DNA of 43,001 bases from Chiloscyllium plagiosum (taxonomy: Eukaryota), in the NCBI RefSeq assembly GCF_004010195.1, contig NC_057718.1:10433653-10476653 (forward strand), written 5' to 3'. Shown here piece by piece: positions 35,446 to 43,001 of this stretch (positions within the stretch are counted from its first letter, which is position 1; every line of letters begins with the position of its first letter). The notes below the pieces were generated by a model, which ran no database searches, had not been told where the DNA came from, and saw only the letters and a program-made list of their open reading frames with translations. A program made the translations under genes and the position numbers.

Positions 35446-36694
35446 TGCTCAGTAACCTAGTTATTTCCAAATTACAAGCTGGGTTCCTCAGTTTCTTGAT
35501 GACATATTGCAGGTAAAGCTGCTAGAATTATCAGCATTATCTATACAAGTGGCAAGAATAATTGTAAAAACCTTTCCAGTAAAATGTGATCATTTACCCT
35601 CTCCATCTAAAGATCATCCCACAAAATTCTACATTACTGGCATGTTGTCAACACATATAGTTCAAAGAAAAGCTCATGCATGGGCTTTAATTCACCTATA
35701 TATCAACTTACAGTATGCAAACTCTATATCCCTCTTTACTCTTATTGCATCCGATATTTCAGTTTATCTATGAAGTTGGCATCCATTGATGATCTTAAAA
35801 TGTGGTCTCATTCTAGTGGCCAAATTAATCAGTTTCTGTCAAACTGTCCTTTAAATAGTTGCGCTGTCTGAGACCTGCTTTTCTGCGCATTAAACAATGC
35901 ATTTCTATATGTTCATGTGACACAGCTCACATATACAAACTTACATTGGTGGTTCAACAACATGCCATACATTTTTGACTTCTTCTTTCTTCTTATTCAC
36001 CATCATTATTACTATTGTCAATTAGTTCTGAAGAAGTGTCACTGGACGTGAAACATTACCTCTGCTTTGTCTCTGTGGATGTTGCCAGACCTGTTGAGTT
36101 TCTCCAGAAATTCCTGGTTTTGTTTCAGATTTCCAGTAGCCACAGTTCTTTGTTTCATTATCAAGTTTCATTTGTTTTGATCTTCATTTCAGGTGACATG
36201 TCATTTTCTCAAAATTAGCCTCATAATTTGTGGCTGACCTTTTATACAACGTCTCCAAAACATTGAAAGTTCAGGCTGAATGCTAATGAGTTAATTCTGT
36301 TTGTTAATGTTCCATTTATTTCTTCATAAAACAAAATTTCTTTTTTCATTTACAGAATCCAACAAGGTTTTTATTCTATTTTCTTTTTGAGAATTAAAAT
36401 CTGTTTACCCCTTTTTCTTTGAATGCTTGAGATTGCAACACATCCATTTTTTATATAAATTCCAATACTGCAAACAATAATGACAAGTGTTCATGGTTTA
36501 AATTGTGCTTTCATATTAGAAACAGAAGTGACAGCAATCAGGTTAAAGATGACCTCTATATCTCATGTTCTGAAGCACTTTGCTGCAGAATGTAACAAAT
36601 TACCTGCTCTATTCCGGATGAAGGGCTTTTGCCCAAAACGTTGATTTTCCTGCTCCTTGGATACTGCCTGACCTGCTGTGCTTTTCCAGCACAA

Positions 36695-37580
36695 TCTATA
36701 TAGACTTCAGTAAGGCGTTTGACAAGGTTCCCCATGGGAGACTGATTAGCAAGGTTAGATCTCATGGAATACAGGGAGAACTAGCCATTTGGATACAGAA
36801 CAGGCTCAAAGGTAAAAGACAGAGGGTGGTGGTGCAGGATTGTTTTTCAGACTGGAGGCCTGTGACCAGTGGAGTACCATAAGGATCAGTGCTGGGCCCT
36901 CTACTTTTTGTCATTTACATAAATGATTCGGATGCGAGCATAAGGGGTACAGTTTGTAAGTTTTCAGATGACACCAAAATTGGAGGTGTAGTGGACAGCG
37001 AAGAGGGTTACCTCAGATTATAACAGGATCTGGACCAGATGGGCCAATGGGCTGAGAAGTGGCAGATGGAGTTTAATTCAGATAAATGCAAGGTGCTGCA
37101 TTTTGGGAAAGCAAATCTTAGCAGGATTTATACACTTAATGGTAAGGTCCTAGGGAGTGTGGTGGGAGTCGGTGGGTTGGTAGAAAATGTCTGTGTTGAG
37201 TCGGTCACCATTGGTGGACACGGGGAGAAAGGTGTCAGATGGTCCAGGTGAATTTAAGGACAGGGTGAAATGTATTGGTGAAATTGATGAACTGTTCAAC
37301 TGCCTCATGCTCCCACGAGGCCCAAAGTGGCAACTTTTTCATGCAGAGGGTGGTACGTGTATGGAATGAGCTGCCAGAGGATGTGATGGAGGCTGGTACA
37401 ATTGCAACATTTAAGAGGCATTTGGATAGGTATATGAATAGGAAGGGTTTGGAGGGATATGGGCCGGGTGCTGGCAGGTGGGATTAGATTGGGTTGGGAT
37501 ATCTGGTCGGCATGGACAAGTCGGACCGAAGAGTCTGCTTCCATGCTGTACATCTCTATGACTCTATGACTCTATGACTC
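36695..37580 (+). mobile_element. CR1-clade LINE (RT part + 3' end) with an antisense PLE RT scrap at about 37160-37320
   Basis: DFSKAFDKVPH, FSDDTKIGG, WQMEFNSDKCKVLHFG, QRVVRVWNELP, with a (ctctatga)n tail. Confidence 0.85.
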
Positions 37581-38066
37581 TCGACTCTCCAGCATCTGCA
37601 ATCTTCACTTTCTTCTGATATTGTGAGGTTAACATATCCCAATATAGATGTAACTTTGATAACTTAACAATTTAATAGTGCCCTGAATACTTTAATCTTA
37701 TGAATACGGTTGTGATTTTATAATACAATCAAACTGTCGGAAGAAAGGGTTAACACTGCTGCTTGTTTGCAGGGAATGGAAAATGTTGCACATGCAACAG
37801 CATCATGTTTCTGTTATAAATTTTTAAATTAACTTTCCTATGTAATCATATTTATTCTTTCTTACTCCCTCAAATCAATTTTCAACTTTTAAAGTTTGCT
37901 ACTTAAAAGAAACAGTCAGGGAAGTATTCTTTAACTGAGTTTTAGCTGCTTTTTTTTTAAACTCTTGTACTAATGTTTTGGAAAACTCACATTGGATTTC
38001 TGCCGATCTTGAAGACACCAGGCTTCCCTTATTATTAGGGAAACAAATTCATTTCAATCCTGCCTG

Positions 38067-38539
38067 TGAGAAAGTGTATAAGTTATGAGCAGTTAGGGAA
38101 AGAGTTAAGTTTTGGGTTGCGTGACAAAGGCTGAGTTAGCATGACTTTGACAAGATAAGAACTTACAGTAAACAATGAGGTGCTGGAGGCAAGGACAGTG
38201 AGTTAACTAGATAAAGACCATCCATTGTATAATGCCAGTTAATGAGCTGAGGGACATCCATTGAGAAATGCCTGATGGCCTAATCTTTACTGTTGATACT
38301 CACTGAGTGTAACAGTCACCCAATCAATATACTTGTTGCTTTATTTGGATGCTGCTCCCTATAAGTGACAATATAATTCCCTAAGAATCAAGAGAAGACC
38401 AAGAACTCATGCCTTTAGTGTTCAAGGGCAATCGCTCTCTTTCTAGGGCTCGGAATAAAGGTAATGAAGGTAGAGCCATACTGTGTCTCTGAGTGTTTGC
38501 TTCGACTGAAACGGGGATAGGGAAACCGAGACGAGTATA
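38067..38539 (+). repeat. 5' LTR
   Basis: Colinear with 40936-41432 (e.g. ttatttggatgctgctccct, caagaactcatg, caatcgctctct, cggaataaaggtaa). CCAAT near 38320, TATA-like ctataag near 38360, AATAAA at 38454-38459. The 3' edge is approximate. Confidence 0.85.
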
Positions 38540-38557
38540 TGGCAAGCCAGGTAGGAG
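38540..38557 (+). other. Primer-binding site, tRNA-Arg(ACG)-like
   Basis: TGGCAAGCCAGGTAGGAG matches 15/18 positions of TGGCGAGCCAGCCAGGAG, the complement of the vertebrate tRNA-Arg(ACG) 3' end as I recall it. It abuts the 5' LTR. Confidence 0.7.
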
Positions 38558-40077
38558 TTCAAATGAATAGTTATGATTGGATGGTGTCAGCGATCACCTG
38601 GAATACCGATATCTCAAGAGGATGGGCCCACAAAATAAGATTTTAAACCTTGGTGCCTCTAGATATTTCTGTGTATCGAAACGGTCCCCTCGTTCAAGTA
38701 CTTTCTATTCTCTGTTCCCTTTGAACGGTAATTAGTTCAGTCGAGAGACACAGTTTTGTGAACGTGCTGGCAAACAGGGGCTCAAGTCCCCTGGGCTTAA
38801 TTAGGGTTGTAATTGGGGTTCAAGTCCCCTGGGTCTTAAGTGGGGAGAAGGTGGAGCCGGTCCGCTCAGATTCTGACAGTGAAATGCATTGACTGCCGGG
38901 GCAGCTTTATCTGGGGTTTTGTTGTGGGAGTCTCGGTTTCTGGGCTGTGGACTCCATTGGCAAGTCTTTCTTCTGGGGGAAGAATGGATTAGACTGCGGC
39001 ACCTTGTGTTTCACTGCAAGGATTTTCTCTTTTGATAAGTGTAATTTCGTCGAGAGGATGCAATAAAAAAGCAAGAAACGCTGAAATTAAAGTTGTACTA
39101 ATACTTGGGTCGAGAAAGGAAGTTTCAATATAAATTGTGCCATGCTGAGGCTGTTTGATATTTAAATATGTTGGTTTGTTAAAATACTGGTTCAGAAAAT
39201 CCTTTTAAGTAACTGTTTTGCCGTATTTGAATCAGGATCTCAACTCAGTCTGGTTTGTGGGCAATGTAATAGGGCGGGTTTTGCTTTTACATTAATATTG
39301 AACATTAGGTCCTTTTTAAAATTATCAAACATGTAACCATAAAACAAATTGATTGAGGGCCTTGAGCTCCTGATTTCTTTGAAGTTCTACGATGCCTGTT
39401 TCACAAAACAATTGTGTCAGTGGTCACGCTTTAGCCAGATGAGTGTATTGTATTTTAATATCTTTGCTGCTGCTGCTGTGTGTTTTTAATGCAGAGTGTT
39501 CACAAAGAGTGCATTTTAAGTTTGATATTTTGTTAAGATTTTAGAGAATATTAGAACTTGAGGCTGAGCTGTTTAAGATCTTTCAATTGTTGTTAAGACT
39601 TCATTGGCCCCCTTCATATTGCACATTCAGAGCATGTTGATCTCTACCAAAGTTGCCACTGTAATTCTGACTGTTTTATTTTGGAAGTTTCATTTGGAGA
39701 ACATACTTTAATATATTCTGCATTTGTTTCCCACAAATATTTAAATCTGAACTGAAACTACATCTTAAATGGCTTAAGAACAGGAAACATTTTGTTGTTT
39801 TCTTGCTGTTCCAGATTTTTAAAATACTTTTCCTGACAGCTTTCACATTAGCCAAATATCAATTTGTTAAAGGATAACATTTTTGAATAACCTGAATGGG
39901 GTACCTGAGGGTTTGATTTTAGGACCACTGATTGTTGTTTGTAATTGACTGAACTGTTTAGGCAGTACAATTTAGAAGTTTATGGATTGTATGAAACTTA
40001 ATAATGTCATAAATAGTGAACAGACTTCAAGACGACTGAGAATGTTGAAATAGGCAGACACAATTTAGTGTCGTGAA

Positions 40078-40240
40078 ATGTGTGACTGTCTTCATACTGA
40101 TACCCATCTTGGCAAGGAAGGAATGAGAGAGGAAGTGCAAAGATACTTTCAGCAGCTAACATCTTCTCTTGAGTTTCTCCATTCACAGGTAAAGCACACC
40201 TTCGGACCACTGTCCACCCTTCCACAACCTGATCCAATGG
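40078..40240 (+). pseudogene. Retroviral integrase remnants
   Basis: LHTDTHLGKEGMREEVQRYF resembles the HxxxHxG..M start of the integrase HHCC zinc domain. QQLTSSLEFLHSQVK...P.P resembles the post-core helix of class I ERV integrases. Confidence 0.55.
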
Positions 40241-40262
40241 ATTCAATCATCTCACCAGTCAG

Positions 40263-40576
40263 AGCATAAAAAGTGAAGGAGCTAACAAGCATGAAGAGAA
40301 CATGCTTTTTGTCAGTGGGCTTCCTATGGATATTAAACCATGTGAGCTTTATCTTGTCTTTTGACCATTTAAGAGATATGATAGTTCATTGATCAAGCTA
40401 ACATCAAAATAGCCAGTTGACTTTGTTAAATTTGACGCAGAGATGGAGCAGAAGTAGCAAAGAATGCTGCGTTCAGCTAGCCTGCTGCTGCCGCTGCTGC
40501 ACTGCACACTCAGATGTGCTGGTATCCTCCATCTGAAGCATCTCCACAACGATGGAAGTCTCATCAGTTTTGTTAA
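40263..40576 (+). pseudogene. RBPMS2: Processed, internally deleted RBPMS2 (Hermes)-like pseudogene inside the LTR element
   Basis: Manual translation: [56 protein letters not shown] / frameshift / RDGAEVAKNA / deletion / AFS*PAAAAAALHTQMCWYPPSEASPQRWKSHQFC*. This matches the RBPMS-family RRM and the RBPMS2-type poly-Ala...LHAQMRWYPPSEA..WKSRQFC C-terminus. Intronless; premature stops at 40362, 40410 and about 40478. Confidence 0.88.
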
Positions 40577-40923
40577 GTATTTAACTGTCCTTCTCCAAGA
40601 ATTCAGATTTCTCCATGTAGTGATGCAGAAAGACTGACTGGATTTTGTTTTCAGGTTGGATTTTACTGAAGGAGATTTTGCATAACTGGTTCGTTTCCAT
40701 TTGATTTGGAGGGGGTGGAGTGCTCACTAAGGACTGCGTATTTAAGAACTTACTGGTGAACTTTTTTCCACATTGGAGGATCCTGGGGATTCTGTCTCCT
40801 GCATGAATTAGTAATGTTGATGTTATAATTATTGTATGCTATGTGTCAATAACTTGCTTAAATACTGGCTGTCAGAGTCTTATGAAAGCTGTAGTGCCAT
40901 CCAGGTGGTTATCATGAAATGAT

Positions 40924-40935
40924 AAAAGGAGGGAA
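40924..40935 (+). other. Polypurine tract
   Basis: AAAAGGAGGGAA immediately before the TG of the 3' LTR. Confidence 0.8.
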
Positions 40936-41432
40936 TGAGAAGGTATAAGCAGATAGGGAAAGAATTAAGTTTAGGGTTGCTTGACAAAGGCTCAGCTAGC
41001 ATGACTTTGGCCAGATAAGAACATGCAGTAAACAATCAGGTGCTGGAAGGCAAGGGTAGTGGGTTAATGAAGTAAAAAGCATCCATTGTGCAATGCCAGT
41101 TAACAATTAAGAACATCCATCGTGTAATACCAGTTAATGACGTGAGGAACATCCATTGTGATGGCTTAATCTTTACTGTTGATGCTCGCTATTGTAACGG
41201 TCACCCAATCAAGATAGACATTGCCTTATTTGGATGCTGCTCCCTGTAAGTCCTTGAGAATCTGCTGTTCGAGAGAAGATCAAGAACTCATGTCTTTGCG
41301 TACATGGACAATCGCTCTCTCTCCATGGCCCGGAATAAAGGTAAGGAAGGTAGAGCCACACTGTGTCTCTTGAGCGTTTGCTTTGACTGATACAAGGATA
41401 GGGAAACAGGACTGCACTCAGTGAGTCTAACA
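40936..41432 (+). repeat. 3' LTR
   Basis: Starts TG directly after the PPT, AATAAA at 41334-41339, probable CA end at 41431-41432. Homologous to 38067-38539. Confidence 0.85.
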
Positions 41433-41614
41433 TTTATTATTTGCTCAGCTCAGAAGGTCACAGAAGTTTAGATGAAATGCCAATTGTTTTCTAAAGTTTT
41501 TGGGTTTCTCATTGATTGATCTTTTGAACATTTGATGTTCATGAATAGGTACCAACGATATAGGTAGAAAGGGGCTCTGCTGAGAAAATGGGGGCTAAAT
41601 TAAAAGGCAGACCT

Positions 41615-42395
41615 GGTATTGCATTTTGGTAAAACAAACAAGGACAGGACTTATACTGTTAATAGTAGGGCCCTGGTTAGTGTTGTCAAACAGAGAGACT
41701 TAGGGGTTCAGGTAGTTAATTCTTTGAAAGTTGTGTCACAGGTAGACAGAGTGATTAAGAAGGTATTTAGTGTTATTGTCTTCATTGCTCAGACTATTGA
41801 GTATAGGAGTTGGGACGCCATGTTGCAATTGTACAGGACATTGGTGAGGCCTGTTCTAAAATATTGTGTACAATTCTGGTTGCCCTGCTATAGGAAAGAT
41901 ATTATTAAATTACAAGGGGTTCAGAAAAGATTTACAAGGAGATTGCTGGGTCTGGAGGGTTTGAATTAAAACAATGGGCTGGATAGGCTGGGACTACTTT
42001 CACTGGAGCATAGGAGATTGAGGGCTGACCTTATAGAGATTTATAAAATCATGAGGGACATAGACAAGGTGAATAGCAAAGGTCTTCTCTCCGGGGTAGG
42101 GGAATTCAAAGCTAGAGGGCAAATTTTTAAGGTGAGAGGAGAAAGATTTAAAAGGGACCTGAGGGGCAACCTTTTCACACAGGAGGTGGTTTGTACGTGG
42201 AATGAGCTGCTAGAGGAAGTGGTAGATGCAGATATAGTTACAACGTTTTAAAGGCATTTGGACAGGTACATGAAGAGGAAAGGTTTGGAGAGATATGAGA
42301 CAAACTCAGGCAAGTGAAACTCGTTGGGAAACTTGGTTGGTATGGATAGACTTGAACCAAAGTGTATGTTTCCAAGCTGTATAACTGTATGACTT
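41615..42395 (+). mobile_element. CR1-clade LINE 3' portion
   Basis: HFGKTN...QRDLGVQV...LQLYRTLVRPVLKYCVQFWLP.YRKDI and FTQEVVCTWNEL. Confidence 0.85.
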
Positions 42396-42449
42396 TAAGA
42401 TTCTGTATCCAGAGTACTGCCTGAGGCATGAGCTGATTTGTGGAGGGTT

Positions 42450-42807
42450 TTTCTTTATTCATTCATGGGAATGAGTGCATCGCTGGCTGGGTTAGCATTT
42501 ATTGCCCATCCTTAGTTGACCCTTGAGAAAGTGGTGATGAGCTGCCTTCTTGAACTGCTGCAGTCCACCTGCTGAGGGTTGCCCCCCAATGCCCTTAGGG
42601 AGGGAATTCCAGGATTTTGACCCAGTGACAGTGAAGGAATGGTGATATATTTCCAAGTCAGGATGGTGAGCAGCTTGGAAGGGGACTTACAGGTGGTAGT
42701 GTTCCCATATATCTGCTGCTCTTGTCCTTCTAGATGGAAGTGGATGTGAGTTTGGAAGGAGCTGTCTGAGGAGTTTTGATGAATTTCTACTATGCATCTT
42801 GCAGATA
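42450..42807 (-). mobile_element. LINE 3' end sharing its tail with the second SINE family
   Basis: cagcagttcaagaaggcagctc...ctcaagg...gatgggcaataaatgct. Related copies at about 3730-4030(+) and 26080-26350(+). Confidence 0.6.
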
Positions 42808-43001
42808 GGCGGCACGGTGGCACAGTGGTTAGCACTGCTGCCTCACAGCGCCAGAGACCCGGGTTCAATTCCCGCCTCAGGTGACTGACTGTGTGGAGTT
42901 TGCACATTCTCGCCGTGTCTGCGTGGGTTTCCTCCGGGTGCTCCGGTTTCCTCCCACAGTCCAAAGATGTGCAGGTCAGGTGAATTGGCCATGCTAAATT
43001 G
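42808..43001 (+). mobile_element. HE1-like V-SINE (runs off window end)
   Basis: ggcggcacggtggcacagtggttagcactgctgcctcacagcgccagagacccgggttcaattccc plus V-domain, CpGs retained. Confidence 0.9.

Larger units (their letters stand above)
38067..41432 (+). mobile_element. Non-autonomous ERV-like LTR retroelement (about 3.4 kb, internally deleted)
   Basis: Two direct repeats of about 470-500 bp, both starting TGAGAA. A PBS-like sequence follows the first repeat and a polypurine tract precedes the second. Integrase-like scraps lie inside. No intact gag, pol or env, and no clear TSD. Confidence 0.85.

Noticed and set aside
42808..42880. tRNA-like sequences at SINE heads
   Set aside because: They run straight into V-SINE bodies and lack a full cloverleaf, so they are not tRNA genes.

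Overview
This is repeat-rich vertebrate genomic DNA, not prokaryotic. The HE1/V-SINE, CR1 and Penelope repeat content points to a cartilaginous fish (shark or ray); this is an inference. There are two N gaps. The only host genes I can support are two divergently oriented, two-coding-exon ENDOD1-like DNA/RNA non-specific endonuclease paralogues. Gene A is on the minus strand (8344-8045 joined to 1923-1039, 394 aa). Gene B is on the plus strand (17927-18217 joined to 23728-24807, 456 aa). Both have a signal peptide, an intact DRGH motif and a hydrophobic C-terminal tail. The rest is transposon-derived: CR1, Rex1/Babar and RTE LINEs, several tRNA-derived SINE families, Penelope-like elements (PLEs) with hammerhead-ribozyme motifs, microsatellites and one LTR element. 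The most interesting observations are three. (1) A non-autonomous ERV-like LTR element (38067-41432; two LTRs, tRNA-Arg-like PBS, PPT, integrase scraps) carries a spliced, decayed RBPMS2-like cDNA. (2) A 173-bp tract, 170/173 identical, is shared by the otherwise divergent ENDOD1-like paralogues and crosses the splice donor, which suggests gene conversion. (3) Several hammerhead-bearing PLE mini-insertions have fold-back structure and 11-16 bp TSDs, and one has copied a piece of its own target site. Family assignments come from motif recognition and recalled consensus sequences; no searches were run, and repeat boundaries are approximate unless a TSD is given.
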